64,000 nt of DNA from Dimorphilus gyrociliatus (lineage: Eukaryota; Animalia; Annelida). The position numbers and the translations under genes are program-made. Position 1 is the stretch's first letter, and every line of letters begins with the position of its first letter. Shown here in pieces: positions 25,062-38,703 of this stretch. The notes beneath the pieces were generated by a model. That model did not search any database. It had not been told where the DNA came from and saw nothing but the letters and a program-made list of their open reading frames with translations. The stretch lies in contig CAJFCJ010000032.1 of assembly GCA_904063045.1 (NCBI GenBank), forward strand, positions 232,612 through 296,611, in the 5' to 3' direction.

Positions 25062-28000
25062 AAGAAAGGTTTTAATATATAACAAACTATAAATATGTAT
25101 ATATTTACAGCATATAAGTTTATATTCTATATTAAATACTTATATTTGATATTTTCTATTTAAGTTATATTATCGCCTTTATTAATTAATTCATAGTCAA
25201 ATAATCTTGTTAAACAGTTGGGAACGAAAATTGTTTAGCATGCAACTTTCTCTTTCCAAACACAATTTCCTTACTATACTTTATATTGCATTATCAAAAT
25301 CCTTCTATGACTAAAAACATGATTGGAATTCGGGGAATTCGTATAATCAACAGGAAAGTAAATGAGTCATTTTTCCGAAAAGAGAAAAAAAAGGGGGGTA
25401 GAAGGAAGGAGGGCGGAAGGGGTAAAGAGTTGAATATTCTCAAGATTTCCATTAAACGTCCAGCTTGAAGAATTTAGGCCTTTATGCACTTTTTTATTGT
25501 TTATATTAAAAAGAATAATATTGATGAAATATGAATTAACACATATGCATATACAGTAGTTATACTATACTGTATATACGTTGTATAAGTATATGGCATA
25601 TTTCATATGCCATAGAAGAATATACTGTATACGTTCATATACTGTGTATATGCTATATAAATATATAGATTTTCAATTATGATCAACGAATAGCAGACAT
25701 TTACACCAACGAATATGAAAATATGTATTTTATATAGTAATATAAATACTATATATACAAATGAAAATCTTATATCTAAATAAATATATAGTTAGAAGAG
25801 GAAGAAGAGGAAAACGATACAGAGATATAGACTAAATGATGAAATTTATAAAAGGTAAGCAATATGTATGAAATGAGTACTCACACTCTACTCGTCTATC
25901 GTCTATCTCTATTTTTTTGGGTGTCTAAGGGGAAAGTCAAATACTTACTATACCGTATATGCTTGTACATACATACTCATTGTTTGACTTTGTTTTAAGA
26001 TAATAAGTTTTATACTTTGGCGAGAAAAGTTGTCAAGTATCAGTTTTGAGTACTCTACGTACTTGTGCCGAAAATAGATGCTCTATAAGAGGTGGCTTTT
26101 TAGTAAAGATAAATCAACAAACCTACTAACCTCGTATAAGATAGCCTTAGGAGATACTTGATTGAAAAGCTCTTAAAAATTTGTTTACAAGCGTGAAATA
26201 AGAGGTTTGCGAGAAAGTTTAACGTATCAATCTCTCTAGCTAAAGCAACAATTAAGTATTTCTTACAAACAATTTCAAGGAAACTTTGATAACGTAGCTT
26301 AAAAAAATTTCCCCTTCAAATCTTTTATTCAAACCTTAAAAGTAGAAAGGCAAAAGAAATTCAATAGCTCTGCTCCGCTTGTTGTTTCAGTAAACAGTTC
26401 CGACTCGGGGGAAGGAAAGCTAGGGGATGTGATCTATAAAGCCTTGTATATTTCAGTAGACAATTTAAATTTACCGAATATTCTCTTTATACGCGAAAAT
26501 ATATTCATTGAAAGTCCTCTTTGTTCTTATCTTTACTCATTTTTCTACTCTTTCTTTAAACGTTGACCATAAACAATACAGAATTAACACGAGCTTTCCG
26601 GTCGTTAAAAGTTATTTGTACATATATAATAGAGTTTATAGATTGACTATCGATAGAATTATTTTCACATACTAGATGGCGCTTATCAGAGAGTAAAGAA
26701 AATATATAATAATAATATTAAAGTGAAAGAAAAGGGCGAGATGTAAATTGTGGCTTAGTTTATTGTTTTTCAACAAAATACCACAATTAGTAAGCTAATA
26801 TAACGAGGAAAATTGTTGAAATAATCAAAATTACACTGATTTATTTAATAGATATGGAATATCGGTTAGAAACTTGAACAAGTCTATATATATACAGTAT
26901 AAACATGGCTAATTCATTACTTTAATTTTCAAATAGAAATTATAAAAACTGATCTGCCGATAGTAGGAATATATAAAACTAATGATAATGATTTTAATAA
27001 TAATAGAAAGAAACATGTTGTACACTTTATGAAATTTGTTTCTTTTCCAAGTAGAAGGAAATTCAAGCCTATAGTTTTTAATCTATGGAAAGAATGAGAA
27101 TATATATATATATAATAATAATAATAATAATAAAATATACGCTAAATATACTTTATATATTAAAATCATTGTATTTGTAGATAGTTTTTTACTCTTTTTA
27201 TGTAAATATTGTAAAACTGTTTCTACAACTTTTTCTCTTTAATATTGCCATCTATATTAACTAAATATTTGTTAAGTTGTATGGAATGAATGTTGATATG
27301 AGACAGCAGATTTTATAAATCTTTTAAAAATCGTTTTTGCATAGCTTCGATAAGATTCTATAAATAAGTATAGATTGTATAGAAAAAAAGAAGGTTTATA
27401 TTTCTTATATCTAGCCAACATTGAGTAAAGAGCTAATAGCTAAGATCAAGCAATAGGATCTAATAAATTTGATCTCCTATTTTCCCAAGTCTAATCGAGT
27501 TGTTTAGTAGTTTCTTTTGGTAAATAGCTAATTTTCTATTCCATTCTAAAACCCTTCCATGTTTTATATAGTTTTTATACATTGTGCGATATTTATCGAG
27601 AGGTCTTTCTTTTAATTTTCTAATATCTTTTATAAACGAATCTATTATTGATTCTTATACTACTCAATTGTTCCTGTTAATCAGCAAAAATTTCACTGAA
27701 ATATCCTACAAACCAGCAAAAACAGCTATTGAATATCGACTTGATTATTTCAGATAGTGTATATATGTTTTTTTTTAAACACTCTCTAGGTATGCTGTAT
27801 TATGTCTAGTGTATAGAAAAATATGTATTTGTTTCTTCTTTGTTTACTATCAATGATAATTACTCGACCGGCAACTCTCTAACAAATCTAACGGTTGATT
27901 AACGATAGCACCTTTTAGTAAATATCTAAGAAATTATGTACAAATATCTATTTGACTTTTACTACTAAAAAATGTATTGTCATTATATGTTTTATTATCA

Positions 28001-28100
28001 AAGTTTTTCACGCAGCTTTTAAATATTTATTCATTAATTTCATAAATTAATATTCTAACGCCCTCGTTGTTTTAACCATTCTATTATCCTTTCTCCCTCC

Positions 28101-28132
<32 letters not shown>

Positions 28133-29765
28133 ATAGAAATTAAAAAAACATATTACATATTTGCTCTTTGAGCAAGCAAATTAATCCTTTACTGAATTTG
28201 TTCAAGAAGCCATTCAAACTCCTCCTCTATCTTTTATTTTATTATTTATTTATCATTTAGTCTTTCAACTAAGAATGAATGAAACATTTGCTTCTTTTGA
28301 ACATTTAGTAAATTAGCAATTATAATCATTTTATTTTCAAGAAAAGTCTTTAAACATTTAAACTATGTTCAAGTTTTCTGAATTTCATTGAAAAATATTA
28401 TATAATCTTTTAGAGGCCGATCTCTATTTGATACGTCACTTTCGCCATCTGATTTAGTAACGCTAGGCGGCGCTTGTATAATAAATTAAAATTATTCTGC
28501 TATATCAATAGAGAATAAAGAAGAGGGAACGATAAAGAGTTTCTACACGTGTAAGTGCCACTTATACATATACATATATATATTTATATATATATATATA
28601 TATATATAGATATATAGATATATATATGTATATAATTATATATACGGCATATATATAAAAGAGACCGCATTCGGCCACTGTATACAGTATATACGTGTGC
28701 ATAGCTTGAATAAGAAGATTAAGTATTTTGCAGGAAAGACAAAGAGAAGGTAAGCAGCATCATAAACAATTTTTATATTATTAAATTGTTAAGTACAATA
28801 GTATGTATTCAGTTTATTGTCGTACATTAAATTATCTACCGACTATCAATTTTTACTTGATATATCTATTCGATAATCTATAATTCGTATCGATAAGTGG
28901 ATCGTTACATCCAAATAATATGCAAGAGTACAAGTTAAAGTCAAAATATATTTTTATAGATTCATTTATTTTCCTTATCCTCTATTCCCATTCTCTCCAT
29001 TGCTTTATCCAATCTCTCTTCCCTTTCGCAATTTCTCTCTTCACCATCGCCCCTCTCCGCACCCTTCTCAAAATAACAGCAGTAGTCATCGATAGTGAAC
29101 AATATAGAAAATGAATATATATATTATATATAAACATATATATGCATATATTCTATACAATTTCTTTATTTCATATCGCCCCTGTTCTCTTTTATTATTA
29201 TTACTACTACTTTTGTTATTATATGAAACTAGTAAATATAAATTAAATGTTTGTTTTTCCTTTCCCACCGTATAATCAATTGTTTACTTCATTGATGGAC
29301 GAAATTCCTTACACTTATTCGTTAAGATTTTATGCTAATTACTTATCTATAAATATTAATGGAAGGAGTGAGAAAGAGAGTGATGGAATTGGTAAAAACA
29401 AAACTTATTTTTTAAAGCCATAGTATAGTATAATTCATTAAAATTGATCCAATTGCAAAATTACATTACGTCTATACCACATAACAACCGTTGTTTTTAT
29501 ACTACTAATTAGAAGAGAAATACTCTCTCTCTCTCCCTCACCTATTACTTCGCTCTGAAGTAGTTTATTATTTTAATATAAATAAGTAAGACTATACATT
29601 GTTCATATTGCTTCTGTAATAAACAGAATTTTATTAAATTAGGCCTTTTTGATAATTGATTTTTTTTTCACTATACGACATGTGACAAAAGAAATATGAT
29701 AGCTGGAATGTGTTATCAATATGTATAATATACTATCATAATAGTACTTTATAATTACAGCTAGA

Positions 29766-31754
29766 ATGAAGCCAAATTTAATAGACGAAGAGAATGAAAA
29801 GGAAAAGAAAGCAGAATTTATTCAACTCTCAGGCCACAAGGGAACATGTAAGACTGCGTCACCAAAGACCATTTATAAAAAATTAAGAGATGGTAACAAT
29901 GAAACGTCCGCTTACTTGAAAGCAATGGAAGACGATTTGGCTAAGCGTTGCATACCAAAATTTTACGGAGATCTTAAAGATGGTAATCAAGCCTATATAG
30001 AGTTGGAGAATCTAATGCAATATTTTAAAAGTCCAAACGTTATGGATATAAAGTTGGGTTGTAGAACATTCGAAGAGAGTGAAGTTCAAAGTACAACGTT
30101 AAGAGAGGATTTATTTCAAAAGTTGGTAAAACTTGATCCAAATTGTTGTAGCGAAGAAGAGATTAGAGATAAAGTTGTTACAAAACTAAGGTCAGTTTAT
30201 TAGAAATAATTATCTAGTATATTTATATATTTACACTTGTGCCATAGTATATTTACATTGATATATATATATATATATATAAATGCGGTATACGCTTGAT
30301 GTACTAATCAACACTAGTGACTATCAATTTGTAAACAATCTTAATAGTTTCTTAGCTATTAAAAAGGCAACTATCAATAATAAAAGAATTGAATTGTTCA
30401 ATTCTAATTTTATTAAAACTAATTGAATGAAAGAAAGAGAATTGATAGATATATTAAATTAAAGAAAAGAACATAAAGAAAAGTCTATTTTCTGGGGTTT
30501 TTTTTTTCACTTAAATACTGTTTATTAACATGATCTCTCCTCTCTTCTTAGTTTTTTTTTTATTTGCTAATTACATATCAATAGTATGCAATATTATATG
30601 TATAGAGAAAAAAATAACAAGTAAGACTATATGATGCACATAAGATCATCGTCATCGCTGTCATCATCGTCATCATCCGCGTGTTTTTGTTTTTTTTTAA
30701 TGCTTCTTAGCTACTTCATTTGTATTCTTTTTTGAAATTTTTAACTATAAAACTTGCTGTAATCAAAGTACCATTTATCCTTTATCTTATCGAATATATC
30801 ATTAATCAATAAAGATAATGATATATTATTAAATGAAAAGAAAATTCTTTACATCCTCCTTCTATGATATAGAATAAATAATGCGTTAATATGATATCTA
30901 TATATTTTCAATTTGTGCATATAGAGAATAGTTCTACCTGCTCATCCTCCTCTCAATCTTTTTCGTGTCTTAATTTTGTTATAGTCTTATCAACTATATG
31001 TAAGTTTTAGCACAACATCAATTCTTCTTATCCTTATCATCTTTCTAATCAAAGTCAAAATATTCTTTTTCGAAAACATAAAAATTTTCCATGAAAGTTC
31101 ACTTAAAGAATATTTTTAAATAAATAAAAATATTAGATAAAACGAGAATGCTTTATCAATTTTTGATTTAGGTTCTTTCATTCAATTGTTCTAGGCCTAA
31201 TATTTTCTAAACTAAAGATATTGTGTATAATAATACAGTAATGTTATGTTGATAGTTTTTAAATAATATGTAGGAGGGAAAATTAAATAAATATTTACAT
31301 TATTAACAGGTATATGCAAGTAAGAGAGAAGATATCGACCACATCAAAACTCGCCTTTAGAATTGAGGCTGTTCATAGTTCTTCATCAAGATATTCGCAG
31401 GATATAAAAAAGATTAGCAATTCTATTCAGGTTTTAGATTGTTTTAAATTCTTTTTGAATAAGGCTCATAACAAAAAACTGTTGGAAAATTTAATTGAAA
31501 AACTTAAAGAATTAAGGCGAAATGTTGAGGAAAGTGATTTCTTTCAAAAGCATCAAATTATCGGCAGTTCCCTTTTACTGATACACGATGGTTCAAACTG
31601 CGGAGCATGGATTATTGACCTCGCTCACGCAACACCACCCCCTGAGGGAATAGAAAAATTGAATCATAGAACCAGTTGGAAAATGGGAAACGGCGAAGAT
31701 GGTATACTAACTGGTCTCGACAATATAATTCGACTATTTCGTTCCTTTCTTTAA
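29766..31754 (+). CDS. Inositol-trisphosphate 3-kinase (IPK superfamily)
   Basis: Exons 29761/29766-30190 and 31310-31754 join in phase 2. Motifs: QLSGHKG, the PxxxDxKxG motif PNVMDIKLGCRTF, GSSLLLIHD and WIIDLA. An acceptor at 29760 implies upstream exon(s); candidate donors lie at 28749 and about 25853. Confidence 0.93.
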
Positions 31755-32761
31755 TATCTCGAAAATCTTGAAATTGAAGAGCTATTACTACAATTACAAG
31801 ACATAAAAAATATAAATATATATGCGTGTGAAGACGAGAGAGAGAGGGAGATGGAACGACGTTTTTCCTTTCCTTTTCGTCTATGAACAAGATCAAAAAA
31901 AAGCAAAAATTAAACAAAAAATATGATTCAATAATTGTTAAAGATTGGATAAAAATTATAACTGATTTAAAGTCCTTCTCATGTCTTCTCTTCTCTCTTC
32001 TCTTTGGAAAATACAACAAGCAAACCAAACATACCAAAAATATTGAAATAGCTCAGGTGCTAAACTTACTTAATAAGAAATTAAAGTTGTAGATAAGTTG
32101 CAAACATAACAAAATGACCTCTATATACACAAATCATATTACATATCTAACATAATTTCATCTCAAATATAGCATATTCTTACAATATTAACTAGAGAGG
32201 TAGATGATAAATTATTCATTCAACGCATATTTCAAATCCAACTCATTATATTCATTTGAGAAAAATCTGGATAAAATGAAGGAAAAAGATGAAAAGTAAC
32301 TTAACCGTTTAATTTTTAATAATTAATAATTAATAATTTCTTCGTTTATTTGTTTTTTTTTCTTTATTTCTATTTTCAATAATTAATCTCTAATTAGAGT
32401 TTATTTTATGAATAAATTAATTGATTAAAAACAGAAATTACTGTATTTTCATTAAGTATATATCATTGTTAATTGTTTTAATATCATTTTTCATATTTAC
32501 GTATGAGATACAATATATATACATATATTAGTATATATATTCTTGACTTGCTTTTTACCAATACAAACATTGAAAACGACATATTACAATTTTTTTTTTG
32601 CCAAAAAGAGTGATTATTCCTGTCAATAGTAATACATTAAAAGTTGCTTTATAATAACATTTTGATTTGTTTTCCTATTTATTTTTTCTTTCTTTTTGTC
32701 TTGAATATATATTTCTGATTTTCCTCTTCTTTGGTTTTATATATAAAATATTATTCAACAT

Positions 32762-35700
32762 TTACACATAGCTAATATTTTTCTTTTCTGCTTTTGGTCC
32801 TTCTTCGCGTTCGAGGTCCACAACTGCTTCGGCACACTCTTCTTCGCTATTTGCTGTAAGAGAATTTAACCTGAAGATCACATCCTTAAGTTGTAGATCG
32901 CTTATACCTCCTCCTATTCCTACTCCTAAACTACTTCCTCCTACAACCATTTCTCTGTCCACTTCTTCCCCTGCTGCCTCTCCTTCGTTTGATATTCTAC
33001 TGGGCTCCTCTTCAAACTGAACATCTACTTCGTTACGTATTTTCATATCTTTACTTTCGAAATGGTTTGTTTTGTTTGAACCTTCGAACAAGAGATTTGT
33101 AACATTTACATCTTTAATTATTCCAAAAGTATTTGGTTTTATTCTTGGCGTATTTGCTATTGCGCCCAAACTTTGAGGCATATTCTCTTCCCCTTCGCCT
33201 TGATTCTGCAAGGAAAGTTGTATTGCCATCTGTAAATCTTTTTCTTCTTGTTTAAATCGTTTTTCGATATCCTCTTCAATTTGTACAGTGTTTCTAGTTG
33301 TTTCAGCTAAATATTGCATTTTCGACATTTCAATAGCCCTTTGAAGATCTATATCATAATTTGAAAAGTTTTGTTCCCCATTTTCAAAGTTAATTTCTCT
33401 TTCTGCAACATCTTCTCTCATACAAGTTATGCTGCAATGTTGATGACGTTGTTTTGTTCTTGGATTCATAGCTCTTTTCTTTGTACAGTCTTTTCGAGAG
33501 CAAACTAACACATCTTGAGATTCGGAGGCATCTCCATCTCCCTCTCCTTCACCTTCTCTTTTACCTTCTTCCTGTTGTTCTTCCTGCTCTTCGTCGGATG
33601 CTGGCCAATCAAGGTAAGCGGTAACATTCGTATGACGACCCGAAGGATCTTTTATCCAAGGATTACTCGGATCAACATGGCTCTGCAAAATGGAAATTTG
33701 CTTTAAAATTTTTTTAAATTACTTAAAATTACATTTACAAAAATTAAATGAAAACAAAAAGACAAACTTCTTTGAGTGATTCGAAGAATGTTTTTCGAAA
33801 ATCTTCATCTTCTAATCTCCTTCTGGAAGACGTTGGAGAACTATCTGTCGGAACCACGCCTTTCGCGACGGCTGTTAAAAATTCGCTCCTCTTTCTTTGA
33901 ACTTGAGAAGCTGCTCCGATAATCTTTTGTCTAGGCGTTCGTAAATATGGTCGGGCAATAATCTGCGAGAGTGTCTCAGTACTCTCTTCAAGGTCATTTT
34001 GCATCATTTCAAAGATACTTTTTCGAAATCCATCATCGAGGTAATAACCGTAAACATAAGAGCATTTTAAAACTCGACGAGCCTTCAAGAGTTGAATAAC
34101 TGCATCCTGCACGAATCGCGTGTCGATTTGTGGCGGATTCTCTCCTTTATCTGTAGCCTGTTTAGCGAGTAGCTCCATTTTTTCCTCGGAATTTTTTAAT
34201 AACGGGTCCTCCAGTTTATAACTGTTTTCGTGATTCTTGAATCTCATATAGTAATGAACAAACTTGTTCAATTCTTGCAACCGTTTTGTATTACCTTCTG
34301 CCGCTTGCTTTGCAGCTTCGCTCATTTGCTCAACTTTTCTAACAGCATCATACCGATTGCATCTGGATAATATTTCAAAAGTTATAAATATCTAATATTA
34401 ATCATTAGAGCCCGTTAGGGTAATGATACCTAAAATAGCCTCCAGTTGTAGAATTATGCTTCTTCCAACTTTCCAGGCAAACCCAGCAAAAGTCATGTTT
34501 ACATTTGGAACATTTCATATGATTACAGCCTTCCTTTTTCTGGATGGGAGATTTACAACTAGGGCATGGCTTTGAATTTGTAACAAGCCAAAGACAGTTT
34601 GCTGCCACTTCCAATTCTTCTTCAGTTCCATTTACTGTAGAGAATTTAAAGTAAAATATAAGATAGAATTCATTAGCAATAGTGTTGTATGTAAATATTT
34701 TTGTTTAAGGAGAAAAGCTTCCTTTTTATAGTCTTTTTTACGTTTGTCAAAGAGATTCTATTTAAACATAACTATCATTCCAAAAAAATGGTTTAAAAAA
34801 TATATGGTAATGATAATACAACATGCAAATTTATTGCTTTTTTTTTAATATATTTTAATAGTCCTTTTTTGATCTTGAAAGTAAAAGACAATATATTATT
34901 TAAAAAAAATGAAAACACAAGCCTCACTATGCAAAAAATTTTGGTTTAATATTTCGTTAATGTTTATATGCTAGCGAGTCTAAAAAAAAAGCACAAACAT
35001 CCCACCGTCTTCTCCATGAATATCTTCTGTTTACTTTTATAATTAGATTATAAGTGAGTGATGTTTTAAGAATGAGTTAAAATATCTAGTTTAATTCTGA
35101 TTGAAATATACTTTTAATTAGATCAAGTATCTATAGAATATACTTTTCTATATATTGTATAATTAATAGTAAATTTCTCTCAACATATATGTTACACTAA
35201 AGTATGATTTCCCCTTTTTACAAAGTAAACACTTCGTATTATTTTTTATTTGATACGAGAAAAAAAAAGATATTTCTACTAAAATTTTTTAACTTTATCA
35301 AATTTGTAAGTTCCAAATTAATTAGCTAATCCGTCAATTCATTTTATGCAATTGCACTTTAAAGATTACTTCTAGTTACTTGTTTAAAATTGCTAAAACT
35401 ATTAATTAAGCGAAGAAAATTATTCTGTGAATGTCTCTGAAGAATACAAGATTTACTAAGAAGAAGTAACTTATCAGTTATTCATTAGATACTTGTAAAT
35501 AAAATCATTTTTGTAAATAATCTATGAAAATATTTGATGCTTAATAGAATTATAAAGAAGAATGGAGATGCGAATCTCTCTGAAATGAGTATTTTTTCGT
35601 TAGACTTGATTGGAAATAGATACATGTACGCCATTACAAATGATTAACTTTATCATTAACTAGGAGGAATAGGAACAGGCTGGGAAAGAAATTTATGAGA

Positions 35701-38667
35701 GAATTTATTTGAGAAATAACCTTATCCGATAGAATGATATCCTAGATGACTTTTTGGGTAGAATATTCTCTGGCAGTGCCTCATCAGTCTACTCTTACAC
35801 TTTGCCCAAGTTTGTCTTGACCTAGTTCAAAGTGCTTAAAAGCTTAAAACATCCAAAACAACCTATATGTGTTTCATGACTATCTTAGTCAAATTGTTAT
35901 AAACAAATGCCACAACCTTTCAGAAATCTATCACTCATGTAATTATTCGAACAGAATAAAAAAAAACACAATAAATATCCTTTGTGTAATTTGTTAGAGT
36001 TTAAGAAATGGCCAAGGCAATCTTACCTAATCCTGTAGAGCATTTAAACATCCCTAAGATATGCAAACCGAAAAACATTCTAATACTTTCTTTGACTAAA
36101 ATTGATATAATTTTCTAAAAATAGCAATATCTAACTTTTTATAAAGATTTTACCAGAGTATGCTCTTTGGTATAAAGAAAAAATAATACAAAGTGAATAC
36201 ATCTTAATAAGAAGATTGTCTTTAGTTTAATATATATGTTTCGTTTATTTATACTAAATCTTTCACTTACAAGTTTCAGGCCTTAATTCAAACACTTTTT
36301 GATGCCATTTCTTCCAGTTAACACATGAAGCGGGTTCGTGAGGATCTCCAGAACATTCCCTAATAATTAAATATAGAAAGAAAGAAAACAAAACTCAAAT
36401 AATAGTTGCTAAATAGTTAATATATATTTTCTTACCAACAAAACATGTGACCGTTGCCGCAGTCTACTGAATGAGAAACATCAGAGCTGTTTTGAGCACG
36501 TAAATCACCTGTAAATACCGGAGAAAGAAAGTTATCACTTTCAGGCAGCTTTACTGCTCGTCCACAACCAGGGTGTGGACACCAGTTTATGGACGGGTTG
36601 CTATCGACGAAGGCCCTTATATCAAACTGTAAATATTTCAGTGCCATTTCACGACTGACCAACTCCTCAATCGTTTCGGCAGGAATGAGCATATTGCACT
36701 GATAACCGGGGCAAGTAATATTGTGAATATCACCTTCTTGAATTTTAACAGTAAGATAACTGAAAATGAAGAAAATTTTGGATTTTTAACAAACAGAAAA
36801 AGAGCACCTTTAGGCTTATGGTAAAAACTTACGTTGTCCAGCATTGTCTGCAGCAATTATGCTGGCAAGGAACATAGGCAGCTGGTTCGTTAGCCGGTAT
36901 GGGAGACGTGCAAACGTCGCACTAGTTTATTAAATAGAAAAATAAATCATTATATAATAAATTCGATTAAAAAAAAAGTTCGATAAATTAATTTGATAAT
37001 AATAATTACCGTTATTTCGCTTGAAGGCACATTATCAGATTGTATAGACGTTGAAAGATCAGTGGGTGGAGCTGTGGCCATACTTTCATATATGCAACTA
37101 GGTGGAGCAACGCCGCTTTTTTCACAGCAAAGGATAGGATCTTTCATCCAAGATTCAAGTAAAGTTTCTCTAGACCATTCTGAAAATTGTTAGTATTGTA
37201 CATGTTAATTTTGAAAAACTTTATAGTTTGAGTTTATCTTAAAATTAGAAATCAATTACAAAAAAAGGTAATTACTTTTAAAGTGAATTGCTATAAGAGG
37301 CTATTCTATGTTTAATAATAGGTACCATTCGATTTATTAATGGGTATTTTTTAGAATTATAATATAAGCTCAATAAAATTTGTATTTCTTTTCAACAAAT
37401 TTCACTGTAAACTATAGCGGAGGTAAAATTCTCTTACAAGACGTTACGTGACTTGTTTACGTATAAGTGTGATTTATCATACTACTTCTTTATATTAATT
37501 AATAAAACAGAATTAAACTACTAAGAATAATTACTCAATTACCATGATTTCTCAATAAAGCTTCAGCTGTAAATAAAGGAACTCTGAGCATATCGGACGT
37601 TTCAACTAAAAGTTGATCTTTTGCTTCCTGAAGATCTTGGGCTCTTAAGCCACTGTAACCTTCATTCTCCATGGAATCTAATAAATCATCCATCTCCATT
37701 TCAATTTCGTTTTCATTATCATGCTGTTAGATATAATAGATCTTTTGTTAAACAAGTAAAACAAACCAGAGAGAATATTTAAATTGCATAGTTTGCATAA
37801 TTGAAAATAAAAAATTTCACTTTAATTTAGCTAAAGTACCTTTTATAGTTTATTCAAAATACTGGTGGGAGGGAGAGAATGACCAAACAGAGTTAAGGGG
37901 AAACTTGAAAATTGCTCAGTTTAATATGATACATAGTCATTAATTATTGTGCATTATTACGATTAAATATTAAATATACAGTATACACAGTATACATTAT
38001 ATGTTGTATAAATGTGTATATTTAACAACTTTTCACTAAATGAAATAGTCTTAATGGACAGATAGTTATTTTTAAATGGTTATTTCCTATCTTTGCAAAC
38101 TGTTTATGAAGAATATTAATGGCTCGAAAAGAAGCAATCATAATTTTCTAATGTGAACTATATTTCCTCTGTTAAATACTTTCCCTTTTAAAGATGCTTA
38201 TGACGTCAAGCTAAAGATATAAATACTTTTTATAACTATATATAAATATAATAGAATACAATATCTACATATATACATATAGATATATAGCATAGCTATC
38301 TATACTATCAGATATATAGCATTTAAAGTTTGATGCATTGACCAATTAATCTATTTTCTTGTATGTACTTAGAAAAATTAATGCATTAATTTAAGATAAT
38401 TAAAAAGGAGATATTAAGTATTTTATCCTGTATAGAGGAATATATCTTTTAAAACAAATTTTCTGAAAGAGAACCTCAATCAGAATTCTCATTTCACTAA
38501 AACCAACACTTTTCATCGCCCTACAAAATTGTCCATTAGGAATTCTATTCGAGAAAATAATAGCAAAGCGTAAAAATGAAAGAACATGATTTGTTTTACT
38601 AATTTCAAAGACCTTTATAAATTTTTTTCTTTCTGAATCTCGTATTGTTATATGATATATATATATA

Positions 38668-38703
<36 letters not shown>

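Noticed and set aside
26090-27770. Several 55-90 codon open frames lacking a usable start in the IP3K upstream region
   Set aside because: There is no homology signal or coherent exon chain. They are compatible with chance in AT-rich DNA, although a decayed gene cannot be excluded.
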